This document shows, in pieces, positions 29,320 to 43,186 of a stretch of DNA of 64,000 bases. Origin of the DNA: Eledone cirrhosa (Eukaryota); the NCBI GenBank assembly GCA_964016885.1, contig OZ024741.1:67704001-67768000 (forward strand). The letters are read 5' to 3'. Position 1 is the first letter of the stretch. Each line of letters opens with the position of its first letter. A program made the position numbers and the translations under genes. The notes below the pieces were generated by a model. The model worked only from the letters and a program-made list of their open reading frames with translations. It did no database searches and was not told the DNA's origin.

Positions 29320-29474
29320 TTCATTATTTCTGAAGACGGCGTATATATGTGTTTGGTATGTATATTTAATCTTGATAATTTGTATAATTTTGTATAATTT
29401 TGTACATAGATCTGTTGAATATGCATACCAATTATAACACATATATATCCTAGAAACGATCGTTAAATAATGAA
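29320..29474 (+). ncRNA. Type I hammerhead ribozyme motif with a ~115-nt extended stem II
   Basis: Perfect 10-bp stem I TTCATTATTT/AAATAATGAA; CTGAAGA at 29330; GAAA at 29453; palindrome CGATCG; UU site. Stem II arms pair (GTATATATGTGTT/AACACATATATAT and TGGTATGTATATTTAA/TTGAATATGCATACCA); its base is imperfect. Confidence 0.8.
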
Positions 29475-29519
29475 CTTTTTTTGTTTAATATAAGGAATTG
29501 TTTATTCATTATTTGTTTA

Positions 29520-29587
<68 letters not shown>

Positions 29588-30789
29588 TGGTCGTGTGCTA
29601 AAATGGCGGTATCGTAGGTAGGTAGGTAGGTAGGTAGGGAGTGATGGTAAGTAGTGAAGGTTCGAGTCGAGTGGGAACTAAAAAGGTGGCTTTGAGATGA
29701 ACGTGGCCTCGAGTAGCCCAGAAGGTAGAGACCATTATATATATATATATATAGATATAGATATATATATATATAGAGAGAGAGAGAGAGTGTGTGTGTG
29801 TGTGTGCGTGTGTGTGTATGTGTGTGTGTGTGATAGAGAGGGGTGTAGATTGGCAGATACAGATTTACTTCCACTAAAGTTAGTATATCCCAAGCCCTCA
29901 ACCCGGTGCCTATAACTGATTTCAACTTTCATTTGCATTAAGCGAGTTTGAGCACAATGAAAGCCCTGGGCAGGACGGTATAATGAATATTAGTATAGGT
30001 TACAACCTCAATAGAAGGAGCACAAAAATTCCATGGCATTTATTTCAACGATTCCGGACAACTAGAAAGGCTAAATGTATCCTACCAGATTTTGAGATCA
30101 TAACATTTAAAAAACTAAATAATAAGGTTGTCTATGTGTGGAACTGGTAGTTGATGTGGACGTAAACAGCAACATTGAACTAAGTAAATTACTGCTACTG
30201 GTTTTATATATACTTTTCCTTGCTGAGGTTCGAACCCCTAATCAAGGTCTCAACAGTCTCATAACATGACATACACTAGATCACTGAGACTGAAGAACAC
30301 CAATGTACATCATGTTTGTACTCTCCGAATTTAATATGCCATGGCTAAATTTTGTTTAAGTGCTTCAGCCATATATCGAACAGCTTGTGAAGACTGTGGA
30401 CAATACCCTTCCTCCAAATGTTCTAAGTATAAAAAGAAAGCGAGTTCAGATACTGTAAATAATGTAATTTGTTTCTCCAATCTTGTATTCTTATCGCTTT
30501 AAGGGTAATACTTTGAAGAAGCCACCATATGGTGGGAAATACTAAGAAAAGCCCGACGTGTACATCCCAATAAATTAATAGCATATTATACATAGATATA
30601 TAAAGCCTGTTACCAAACTGGAAGCAAAGCTTTTTCAAATGAATGTAGATCACGTCAACGAGGCATGTACCTACACAAGTACGTAGATGTTCATCAACAC
30701 AAGCGTTACATAATGTTGATGACACATTGGCGCGAAAACATATCCCATGATTTACGTCTTCAATCAATAATGAAATACTAAAAATCCTT

Positions 30790-30823
<34 letters not shown>

Positions 30824-31399
30824 TATATTTAAAGGATTATTAGTATTCCCTTATTGATTGAAGACGTAAGTCATGGGATATGTTTTCGCGCTGTAAATAA
30901 ACTTCCCTGTTTGTACTGTTGACCATGTTATTCTTCACTTTTTCAATTTTATTACTCCAAGATATATTTACATAAGAATACAAGTGAAGTCATAAACTCG
31001 TCATCCACGTAAACCTCTTGTTTAGTTATACAACGCCGTACGCTAAAACTATCCATGATAAGAAGTATTCAAAACCTCTAATTGGATTACCTATAACGAT
31101 ATCTTGTTATACTCTCTCTATATATATATTCTTGGTTTTAGGCGTGGTCACTTCTCCAAGTTTGCCAAATTTGCCAATAGAAACATGCACTTTTTGGCTT
31201 TCACTTCTGCTATATTGTTATTAGTTATTGGTTGTTTATATTGTCAAAGTTCTTTCGTAACACATTCTGTGACCTCCTCAATGGTTATTTGTTCATCTTC
31301 TCTGTGACTCCTTTTCCTTCTGTCCCTTTTTCCTAATCCATCTTGAACACATAACCATTGAGGAGATCACAGCATGTGTCACGAAAGGACTCTGACAAA

Positions 31400-33120
31400 A
31401 TAACCAGCCTGTAACTTTTTTAATAAATCTTGGTTTTTAAATGGGATTGACCCTAATGCCCCGATCACAACTGGTATCACTTTCACATTATCCTCTCACA
31501 TTCCAAACTGTCTTGCCATCTCCACTTTCAATTCTTAGTACTTGGGGATTTTTTTCAACCCCTTTACTCGCAATATTCATGTCATTTGGTTTGGCTACGT
31601 CAATGATGTGATAGTGTTTGTCTTTCTTGTTCAATACAACAATGTCCGGACGGTGATGATTATCAGTATGAACATTCTAATCCCATATTATCGTTGCTTT
31701 CTAATGCTCCTGCATTACTTTACAAGGCACATGCTCATACCAATACTCTATTACTTCTTATGGTAGTTATGACCTAAGAGTCAATGAAGGTATAAACAGA
31801 CTTTAACATGGCGGTTCTTGTATTCTTTTTGCACGAGATTCTCACATCCACTTACCTAGTGGGTTAAATTTTACACATTTTTTCCAAAAGTCTGGATTTC
31901 TGGGTGTCAGAGGTTATATAGATGCTATACTTCACCAAATTGGTAGTAAGAGCTGGATCCTGTGCTGCAATTATAAGGCAATGGAATGCTTCAAATCGCA
32001 TTGTTTAAATAATGTTTTACCTTTCTTAACTTGGGTATTTCTTTCAAACTGATCATGCATTTTAATTTCTTGAAGATCTTTTCTCTACTTTTCGTCTCTT
32101 TGGTTAAACCATTCCTTAACAGCTATTTCATCTGCATTTATACTCATGCCTACTTCTGCATATTGCGAAACCAGTTGGTCACTGTTAACTAATATTCTAC
32201 AAATGTCCTCCTTTCACTCATTGTATAATGCATTGACTAGATTTCTCGCATTCAGATTGCATTTTAAAATCATTTTTATTCTTTTTAAATATCTCCCCCT
32301 TTTCTCCGTGTAAAATATCCTCCTGTTCTTAAATCGTCGAATACCAATATCTTCTAATTCACCCGTAGACTCTCCCGATGGTAGCTGTAATCCACTACAG
32401 GCTGATTTCTTGCCTCTTTTCACATTGAGCACAGAGAATTTGGTAATCTCAAATTCTATTTTGATGTCACTGAAACATATCTGGACTGTTCTAACCAAAG
32501 ATTTCATTTGGTTTTCAGATTTCTTAAACAGCTTCAGGTCAACCATAGACAGAAGGTTGTTTATGAATGGTCCTTTCGTTCCACATTGGTAACTTTCCTA
32601 AGTGTCAATGTATAAGTACTATGACAAATAGTAATGATGAAAATGAGTCACCTTTTAATTTCTACTTCTCCAAGGAAAACATTGCTCGTGTAAAACTTGG
32701 TCTTCAGATTTACCATAGTATTCAGAAGAAAAATTGTAATGTTGTCAGCAATACCAAACATTTAACAATCCAAGAATGTAACACCAAATCATATGCCTTC
32801 TTAAAATTATACTACGCCATAGACATAGTCGCAGGATGTTTTTACAAGGCCTCAAAACTGTCTTAACGATAGAAAGGTGATCCTTGGTACCTTTTGGGTC
32901 TTGTTCTACATCCTTTTTTATCCTTGGTAATATTCCTTTCTGCAAAAAAAAAAAGGTATATGCCTTCTCCGCAAATATCTGCGTAAGTACTTCCCATATT
33001 ATGTTCAAGCATGACATAGGACTGTAGTTTTCCACAATATTCCCTTTACTTTTACTATCTTTTATTACAAGCGTTGTCCTTCCCGTTAGCATCCAAGAGG
33101 AAACTGCATCTCTTTGGCTA
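31400..33120 (-). mobile_element. Degenerate R4/Dong-like LINE (RT plus REL endonuclease)
   Basis: LTGRTTLVIKD..KGN.VENYSPMSCL; DLKLFKKSENQMKSLVRTVQI..DIKIEFEITK..LNVKRGK; downstream HHRPDIV and VIPVVIGALG motifs; many disablements. Confidence 0.85.
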
Positions 33121-33205
33121 CATTCGTGTGATGATAGTCATCTTTTCCCGTTCTATGGGTTTATACGCTCCGTTATTATTAGTGTATGTTATTTAGTAAA
33201 ACAGT

Positions 33206-33403
33206 GAATTGGCAGAAAAGGGCGGTGAATTGGCAGTATCGGTAGAGGGTTGGACGTCATGCTTTCTAGCATAGTTACGTCCCTTTATGGTCTGAGTTCA
33301 AATCCCGTCGAGGTTAACTTTACCTTTCATCCTTACGGGGTCGATAAAATAAAGTACCAGTAATGTACTGGGTAATTGCTGGCCTTGAGCCTAAAGTAGA
33401 AAC
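33206..33403 (+). mobile_element. SINE family 1, full length, 19-bp TSD, short duplicated 5' piece
   Basis: TSD TGTTATTTAGTAAAACAGT at 33187-33205 and 33404-33422. Confidence 0.92.
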
Positions 33404-33767
33404 TGTTATTTAGTAAAACAGTTACGGCTAAATCTTCTAATTCAATATATACATACATATATAAATATAAATTCATATATATATACCTCGGGTATCTATG
33501 TTTTATATTTTTGTTAAATTTTAATATGATACTGTAACGAACAATGTATTCTTACATTCTATGCAGATTGTCTCTTGTTAAAGTTTGATATATGCTATTA
33601 TACATTTATATCATTGGATATTTATGTATATATATATGTCATTCACTATTTTGTAATAATTAAATGCTCGGATTTATTCTTTGAATTTTTTCTATGAGTT
33701 GATTTTGGGAGACAGGATGCATGTTCGAGATTTCTCAAACATAACATCTACACCTTTGAATGTAATG

Positions 33768-33864
<97 letters not shown>

Positions 33865-34940
33865 GTGTATGTAAGTACTTCCACTTTATACCAAATGCGT
33901 GGGCAGTAATTGGCACTTGGAACTAATGAAGAGTGTTAATAGAAAGCAACATTTATGGACAGGCAAGGAATATGGTAAATCTAGAATTGGTCTGATTCAT
34001 AATACAGTAGATGTCTAGGGAAAGAACATGGAAAATAGATGTTGATTAATCGTCTTCAACTGGCTGAGTACAATGTATACCAGATGATGATTGAAACGAA
34101 AAGCGTGGAGGTCCAAACTAGTTGTCTCTGTGTTGTGTCTCTATCTGCTAAAAAGATTATTTGAATGTTGATCAAATCCCACGCAACTCTTCTGAAAAGT
34201 AATAGCTGCATTGAATAATGTAACCTACTCTGAAAAAAAACCCAAAACAATAGGATATTCATGTCTAGAACACCTTCCATCATTGGTCTACTTGTTAAAC
34301 CGGTAGACATAAACAACATCGCCAACAACCATGTTAAATAATATGAGTATTTATTACCTCCGTTGTGTATTATAACGTGACTCTCAACAACATTCCCTTT
34401 TTGTATATTTTCGATTGTGAAAGCATGGTCCAATGATTTAGCTTGCGTCCAATGTTCAATCCTACCACCTGGTACATTGAGCAAATATATTTCACCATAT
34501 CTTGAATCCTTACAACCCTTTTAACTGAAAGTGTATAGATAGAGATGATAGAGCCAAATTATTTGGAAACCTGTCAAGTGACTGCCTCCAGTTTTTGATT
34601 TTCTATCTCATTGAGGTTAAATTTGCCTTTCATTCTTTTGTGGTCAATAAAATATAGTACACTCAACTACTGGAGTCAATTCATACACATATTAAACATT
34701 CGATATGTGGATGGAATTATACATTCAGAGCCTTTGTCATGCATTAGATTTGCTTCAGGATTACGCCCAAGGTACAAATATATGTGGAATGTTCAACCAC
34801 TTAACCTATAACACATGATAAACTGTTCCTTTAATTTAAAAGCCAGACATATCCCAACGTGTCATACTTATTTGATCTGAGGATTAGATTAAGGTATCTA
34901 TCAAAAATGATGTCACATTATATAATTCACGACGTAATTA

Positions 34941-37256
34941 CCGTATTTTTCGTATGCTAAGACGCATTTTTACCCCTGTAAAATGCCTTTAAAGTCCGGT
35001 TGCATCATAGCACTGAAAGGCCAAGTTTTAGAGAGGAATTTGCCAACATTATCAGTGCTAGATAAGATATAAATTATGAAATGAACAAATAGAGAATATG
35101 GATGAAGTCCCATTGCCATTCGATTCACCATCAATCAGATGTGTTGAAAGTAAAGGAGAAACGTTTGTGACAATGAAAAGACCCAGCCATGACACCCCAC
35201 CCACACACACCCTTTACTGTTGTTTTGTTCTGATATGCACGCGGAAAAAATTCTCCTATCCCGTTCTTATCTTCAAACGGAAAACGATACCCAAAGACAA
35301 AGTCCCCGATGGTGCTGTTGTTGTTTGCGTCCATCCTAAAGGATGTTTGGATGAAAACGGTGATAAATTTGACCAGAGAAGTTCTGGTTACGACGCTCTG
35401 GTGGTTTGCTAAAGAAACCAGCATTATTTGCAGACCTATCAACTCTCCACCGTCCGACGGGGTGTTCTCCCACCTACTTTGGGGTTGGTGAGAGATGTGT
35501 TCTCTTGTGGAAATGGGTATAGCTTTCATTATGTAAAACCTCCCAATTTTGCCTCATTTCTTCCCGTTTTGGGGCACCTTTATTTTCAGGATACTCCCCG
35601 TTTGGGGATTTTAGAGGTTGGCAAGTCTGTATTTGTGTGGGATCAGTTTAGAGCCTTACAAACCTAAATCAACAAAAGAAGAAAACTTCAATAATTACAA
35701 ACTAAACCAGCAGTTATTTCAGATGGTTTAACATCACTTCTACAGCCATTGGAAGTTCCTGTCAACAAAACATTTAAAGGAAGACTTAAGAGAACTTCTA
35801 TTACACGGGTTTACGAATGGGTGAAGATATAATGATGGATGGAACCCAGAATGAACTTCACTATGAATACAGTGATGTTTCAGTGGATGACCCATGATCA
35901 TATAACGGTACTGATAGTGGTGCTGGTTATGGCAGCAATGTGTATCCACAGGATGAGTGTTGAGAAGGAGTAGATAGTAGTAACACTGAATACTCCGGAT
36001 TTGAGGATGTTTGAATGACAAAATGATGAGGTTTTTTATCAGTTGTTCATGCAATATTCATATATTTTCTCATTGTTATTGGTATTTTTAGAGTGGTGGA
36101 TTGGCAATATCGGTAGAGAGTCGGACACCATGCTTTGCAGCATAGTGTTACGGCCCTTTACGGTCTGAGTTCAAATCCCGCCGAGGTTAACTTTGCCTTT
36201 CATCCTTACGGAGACGATAAAATAAAGCACTAGTAACGTACTGAGTTCGATTTAATCGACTTTCCCCTCTCCCCAAATTACTGGCCTGGCGCCTATAGTA
36301 GGAATCATTGTTAAATAAAGAGAGTACTAATTACTGTAACTGTTGACAGATTGTATTGTATGTTAAAATGTAAACAGGCAATTTATATACCCGACCCGCG
36401 AACCTCTAAAACCCAAATGGGGAATGCCATGAAAAAAGAGCCCCAAAACAGGGAGAAATCCGTCAAAATGAGGAGATTTTACATAATGAAAGCTATACCC
36501 ATTTTCACAAGAGAAAACATCTGCCACCCACCCCAAAGTGAGTGCGAGATCTTCCCGTTGGACGTGCGGAGTTGACAGGTCTCATATAGTGATATATTGG
36601 TATTGTGGAATGAAGCAATATTACGATAATGACTTTGTTTCATGAATTCTGCTGGAGTGATGGGTTATAGTGGCGCACAGATAAAGGTACAGTAGTTCGT
36701 TTCGACTACCGAAAATAAAAACACCTGACACTACCTCTGTGTACAAACGTACTGCATTTATTGTATTCCGTATTTTACTAAATTAAATAATTGCTTCTAC
36801 TTTGAGCACAAGGCCAGCAATTATCCCAGTGCATTACTGGTGCTTTAAATAATGGCTATTACTGTAATAATACAAACGGATAGTTAATAATATAGTCATA
36901 CATGAACAGTGGACTATGGTAGTGACGATACAAAAGCAACACACCGTTTGCGCTCTTGAATGCAGCCCTAAAACATCAGCTAGGAGTTGGATAAAAACAC
37001 GCTGTGTGGCTTGTGGTGGCAAGTACGAGTTGTTCTGATGTAAATAAGTATAACATTAGGCTATTGGAAATCTAAGGTCCGAAATGTGAAAATAATTTGT
37101 TGTGTCTGAAAGGAAAATGACAATGTAGTGTGGGTGATTTGAACTTGTTACTACGGTAAGATATTAAATCCTGAAATATTTTATTTCCAAAATATTACCA
37201 AGCTATTACAGGGTACGTCTTACTATTTGTAGCGGCTTAGTCTACGGGAAATACAG
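34941..37256 (+). mobile_element. pogo/Tc2-like DNA transposon, defective, with nested MITEs and SINEs
   Basis: TA TSD; TIRs CCGTATTTTTCGTATGCTAAGACGC and (rc) CTGTATTTCCCGTAGACTAAGCCGC; transposase motifs NMDEVPLPFD, LIFKRKTIPK..HPKGCLDE and AVISDGLTSLLQPLEVPVNKTFK. Confidence 0.85.
36091..36310 (+). mobile_element. SINE family 1, long 3' variant, nested in the pogo-like element
   Basis: A/B boxes and core present; extra TTCGATTTAATCGACTTTCCCCTC segment also seen at ~51020. Confidence 0.85.
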
Positions 37257-37353
37257 TAGCTACGTTGATCAAGACACTGAAATGCGCATCGTCGTAACTG
37301 AAGAAAGATCCTTTAATGTATGCCTTTCGCTCTTTCACACACACACACACACA

Positions 37354-37417
<64 letters not shown>

Positions 37418-39420
37418 CTCGCTCTCTTCTAATTTTGGGGGGCCGAATTGTTTGCAAATGTATGGTAATGTGTGTTTGTGTGTAATAGATAAGTGTGCAA
37501 AAGCTGCATAATAGGCTGCATGGTGTGTTCACATAAAGCACGCGGGTGCTCAATAAGTGTAAGTCTGATGTGTGTAGCAGTAATACAGAATATTTCAGAA
37601 CTACAGTGAGCATGTGTGTGTGCTTCGTACTTGTGATTGTGTGTGCATGCTTGTGTGTATGTGCATGTATGTGTGTGTCTGTTTGAATGTGTGTGTTTGC
37701 ATGTACATCCATTTGTATGCATGTGCATATACGTTTGATATGTTGATAGTCCCATAACTCACTCGGTCGATTGGTGAAACAACAAAGATTCCATTTTCTA
37801 TAAAGTATTCTCTGTGAAATCAACTTCATTCCAAATCCTATTTATTTGCAAGGAAGGGATTGAGTCTAGAGACATCAAATAAATGTATTCTTATGTTTCT
37901 GTTAAAGTGTTTATAAAATGTCTGAATACGAAGTATCTTTTAAGAGATAAACTTACGCAGTTCAGCGACTCGACCTTCTAGAATTAGCAGATAAATCTTC
38001 TTCAAATTACATACCTACTATCATAAATATGAAAGATACGTTGGATAATGTAATCCATCCTATGATATTTATAAAACAACAGAGGATGGAAAGAATTGGA
38101 ACGCTTTTGATCACAGATCCTTACACCGAGGTAGAGTGAGGAATAAACAACACATTTCAACGTATGTGAGAGTATGTGTGTGTATATACGTGTGCCTATG
38201 TGCGTTCATAAATTTTTGTTGCTTATATGCATAGATACAGCGAAGTTTATTATAAACATATACCTCTGTACACATGATGGAACATTGCGAAACTAGCGAA
38301 ATTTGTCGGTGTGCGCATGCGTTGTATACGCGTCAGAATGCGTATGGAAGTTGTTTTTTTCTTTCGGGCGCGCTTGTCTATATATATATATGCTTGTGTA
38401 TTTGTGTGTATGTATATATAAATGTATATACATATATATATTTACATATACACATGTACATATATATTTACGCATACATATATATAATGTGTGTGTGTGT
38501 GTGTGTGTAAGAGAGGGACAGAGAGAGAGAGAAAAAGAGAGAGTGTGTATGATTGTGTGCGTGTGTGCAGATAAGACCACTAATTGCCCTAACCCGTAAA
38601 GAAAACACTAACATAATAAGGTTAAACTAACCACAGACCCACACTGGCCACTTCGGTATAATATAAACTATTATTATATGTAGGTAAGATGTATGTATGT
38701 TATATTTATGTATAACGAACACAAATGAATATTTTATCAAACAGAGTGTTGAAGGGGAGAAGATCGAAGAATGCGGGATTTGAACTTGGAATATACAAGG
38801 TGATGAATAAATATTGTTAGTCATTTCTTTCGCCGTCGCTCGCTACTCCCTCCCACTAACCCACGACTGTATTCTTTCTACTTCCACTCCACTCCAATAA
38901 TTATAATGCTACTGTTACAGGCGGCTATGTAACTGTTCTTGCTACTACTACAGTTAATACTACGCTAATACCAGATGTAGGACAAATAATTTGCTACTTT
39001 ATAGAATGCAGTATTGATTTCTAATATTGGCACAACCCCACACATTTTGGTGGATGGCGAGACGATTTAGTTGACTCAAGTACATGACTGGTATATTATT
39101 TTATTAGAGTAGAAGGCAACGTTTCCCTGGATGGTATTCGTACTCACAATGCAAACATTCAATGCTACACACATTTTGTCTAGCACTCTATCAAATGTGC
39201 TACCTATTCTAAGTCTTCTTTAAACCACATCCTACCCTGTTAGAGAAAGATACTTTAAATAATGAGATCGCGGATTCCTTTCAAACAGGAAAAAGACTGG
39301 ATAGTCTCGACTAGAATGTCCTTGGTTATAGGTCATCTTGATCAGATTAAACCTGGGGTTAAACAACAACATAATCTAAACAAGGTCGATAATGCTGATG
39401 ATGCCACATTATTAGTTCTT

Positions 39421-39515
39421 GTTAACTTTGCCTTTCATCCTTACGGGGTCGATAAAATAAAGTACCAGTAATACACTGGGATAATTGCTGGCCTTGTGCC
39501 AAAAGTAGAAACAAC
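39421..39515 (+). mobile_element. SINE family 1, 5'-truncated, with TSD
   Basis: Flanking direct repeat TATTAGTTCTTGTTA. Confidence 0.85.
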
Positions 39516-39859
39516 TATTAGTTCTTGTTATTGTGTAGTCCCAGGTCAACTCTGGCAGAGCAGACCCTATGATCACAAGCGTTCTAGGCACCCACACGTC
39601 GTGAATTATGTAATTAAGTTTAGAAGACCCTATGTGTTTTTACTATTCTAATAGGGTAAGTTGTAGTTTGAGGAAGAGGTAACGGTAACTGCTCTTTCTA
39701 GCTGGTCGAGCGACCATATAGAGGCTCCCTTGTTCGTTCATGCATGTTTACCGCTCCACCGCTTTGTAGCCTCTGCCAAATAATGTGATGTGCTGGCTGT
39801 TTGTAGATGTTGTTATTATTGTTGTTGTGGTTGTGGTTGTTGTCCTATGACAAGCAGAC

Positions 39860-40150
39860 AATTGTTTTTTTATAATGCTAGATCAGCCCAGGTGCAGCAG
39901 TTTTATGACACACGGGCAACTGTTGTTGTGTAACTCCAAGTCAGCCCTGATCCAACAGTTTTATGACATACGGCTAACTGTGTTGTTTAACTCCAAGCCA
40001 GCCTTGATCCAGCAGTTCTATGTGAAGCAGGTAATAGTTGTTGCGTAGCCCCTGGCTAGCCTTGATCCAGAAGTTCCACAATATCCAGTGGGTTGTTGCT
40101 GTATAACCTCATGTCAGCCCAGGTTGTACTGCCCCATGAGACGCAGGTAA
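39860..40150 (+). repeat. Diverged ~59-bp tandem repeat (~5 units) resembling the family C 5' end
   Basis: Repeated TTGTTG..TAACTCCAAGTCAGCCCTGATCCA.CAGTT.TATGA. Confidence 0.7.
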
Positions 40151-40456
40151 TCGATCAAATGGCAAAGAGTGACCTATAGAACAATTTTACTTGTTATGCC
40201 ATGTCTGTGTCTAGCTGAAGATCACACTGCACACACAAACTTACATTGATGGATGTTATTGAGGTGAAATGTAACAGTCTGGACGCAGTTACTGCTTTGC
40301 ATAGTTTGTTGGTGTTAATGCTACTTATTGTTGTTGTTGATGCTGTTGTAATAGTTTATTCATGGCTCAACTCGGATCAAACTAACATACGCTCAAAAGG
40401 ATTTCAGGCGTAGTAATCCCGTGTTTTAATCTTAATATATTAGAACTAGATATATT

Positions 40457-40650
40457 AAGGCGTGTGGCTGAGTGGTTAGAGAATTGGATTCGCAATCGTG
40501 ACGTTGTGAGTTCGATTCCTGGATCGGGTGATACGTTATGTCATTGAGCAAGACACTTTATTTCACGTTGCTCCTTCTACCGGGAGTTGCGACCGATATA
40601 GATAATACTAGCAATTGGAAAGACCAACAGAAACATTGTTTCCTTGTTCC
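40457..40650 (+). mobile_element. SINE family 2
   Basis: A-box TGGCTGAGTGG, B-box GAGTTCGATTCC; matches 27552-27739. Confidence 0.88.
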
Positions 40651-41514
40651 GATTTGATGAAAGTTGATATCTAGGACTATATTGTGCAATGTGAACATGA
40701 TATGTGTTGCTGTTGGTGTTGGTGATGTCTCTGTCGTTCCTGAGTATGTTTAGCCCCGAGTCAGCACTGATTAATTGTCTTCCCGCAGCAATCAATACTC
40801 ATTAGATTCAAATTTCTCACCTTAAAGGGAATCATCTCGAACCCCACCTCTACTGCGAGGCGAAGAAATATTGTTTTCAGAGAAATTGTTTTTAAGGAAA
40901 ATGATTATCATGCCTCATCGATTTAGCTAGATATATATTTCTTAATGTTCATTTTTAAAATGCTTTCATTAAATGAAGATAAGACTTAATGTCATTCAAC
41001 AAACTCTGTTAGGGAGAAAACTGCCGTTTTTCTAAACATCTGTTGGATATGGCGTCGGTATGGTGGTGAACAGTTAAAGGAAGAAAATATGAAAAATTAT
41101 TTAAGAAACCCTGGCTTAGATACAGGGAATCTTGGACAATATCATCGAATGGGCAACCTCATTTTAAGATAAAACGTGAACATTTGAAGTACATTTGGCT
41201 ACTGATTGGGGCAGGTCAAGGCTACCATCATTCTGTTTATTGTCTAGTTTTGTTTTGTTTGTTGTTTGTCTATGTTATTTCTATCTAAGCCTCCGGCAAG
41301 CCCTGACTGTCTAAACCTATCTACACAGGTATTCCAGTCACAGCTATCCATCAATTCATTCATGTTTTTTCAGGCTATTTCTAGCATGTGATGCAACTGC
41401 GTAGGAGGTTCGTCGTTATACTTGTTGTTCTTGTTGCTGATGATGTTGTTGTGTTGTTGTTGCTATTGTTGTTGTTGATATTATTGTTGATGATATCGTA
41501 TTTTGTTAATGAGG

Positions 41515-41952
41515 GAGTAGTGGTGGAGGTAGTGGAGGAGGTGGTGGTGGAGGTAGTAGTGGAGGTGGTGGTGTAGGTAGTGGTGGGGATGATGGAGGTG
41601 GTGGTGGTGGTAGTGGTGGAGGTAGTAGAGGTGGAGGTGGTGGTGGAGTTGTGGTGTAGGTAGTGGTGTAGGTAGTGGTGGTGTAGGTAGGGGTGTAGGT
41701 AGTGGTGGTAGTGGTGGAGGTAGTGGTGCTGGTAGTGGTGGTGGAGGTAGTGGTGTAGATAGTGGTGGATGTGGTGGTGGTGTAGGTAGGGGTGTAGGTA
41801 GTGGTGTAGGTAGTGGTGGATGTGGTGGTGGTGTAGGTAGGGGTGGAGGTAGTGGTGGAGGTACTGGTGGAGGTGGTGGTGGTGGTAGTGGTGTAGGTGG
41901 TGGTGCAGGTAGGGGTGGTGGAGGTAGGGGTGGTGGAGGTAGTGGCGGTAGT
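41515..41952 (+). repeat. Degenerate (GTG/GAG/GTA)n trinucleotide tract
   Basis: Directly visible. Confidence 0.9.
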
Positions 41953-42647
41953 TATATAATTATCTTGTTTTCTCTCGATTTCTGTCTGTTATTGTCCCTC
42001 GTGTTTATTACTCCTACAAAAACTGTTAATGCTATTTATAACGACTTCGTTTCTGCTGCTGCTGCTGAATCTGTTGCCTTTTTTTTATAGCTATTATAAG
42101 TATTTGTTAGTTTTGTTACTGCTGTTGTTGCTGCTGTTGTTGTTGGCGTAAGAGTCATAGATATTTATAGTTGCTGATTATATTATTGTTCATATTGTTG
42201 CTGCTGCTGCTGAAGTTACATTTGCTGTTGCTGCTGCTGCAGCTGTTTTTGATGCAACCCGTTGTTGCTTTTGATTGCTGCTGTTGTCATCAGTCTTTTT
42301 TATAGTTGTTGCTGCTGGCGAAACGACTTCTCATCATATATTTAACAAATATGATGTTAATGATGATCACCATCATTAACATCATTATTATCATCATCAT
42401 CATCAACACTATTATCATTATCATCATCAACATCAACACTATTATCATCATCATCAACATTCTTATCATTATCACCATCACTATCAACACTATTATCATT
42501 ATCATCATCATCAACATCAACATGAGATTAACAATGACAATAAACAAAATGGTTTCTAAAGTTTGTACAAAATCATACATGTGTACATATATGTATGTAT
42601 ACATATAATTAGGTAGGCAGGTAGGTAAGTGCTTATGCATTTACGAA

Positions 42648-42695
<48 letters not shown>

Positions 42696-43080
42696 TGTAT
42701 GTATATGTATATATGTATATATGTATATATATATATATATATGTGTGTAAACATATACGTATCTACAAATGAAGGTTCGTAAATATATATATATGTATTT
42801 ATATGTATATATATATGTATATATGTATGTGTATATATATATATATATATATACGGGGTAACAAATAATAGTTATATGCAGTCCACTTAGGTGTAGTCCA
42901 GTTATGGTATTCCGGGTAGTGGATGATATCAACGCTTGGATTGGTTTGACTCAACAAGGCGTTTTCATAGTGATGTTGCGAGTATGCTGTAATTCCTATG
43001 TTGTAAACACTTGGAGTAATAATAAATCAGGAAAGAAGAGTGACACGGTTTGCTATACAAAAAAGGTTTTTAATCTCATA

Positions 43081-43186
43081 GCTGACAATTGTTTCTCTGA
43101 ACTGGTAGGTCTAGAGATCGCTATTCGCTTATTTTCGCGTTACTCGATCGCCAATACAAAATTATAACCAGTCAGTTCTTCGGAGC
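43081..43186 (-). ncRNA. Hammerhead motif of the PLE pLTR, ~80-nt stem II, core variant CCGAAGA
   Basis: Minus strand: GCT-CCGAAGA-ACTGACTGGT...ACCAGTTCAGA-GAAA-CAATTG-TC-AGC. Confidence 0.65.
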
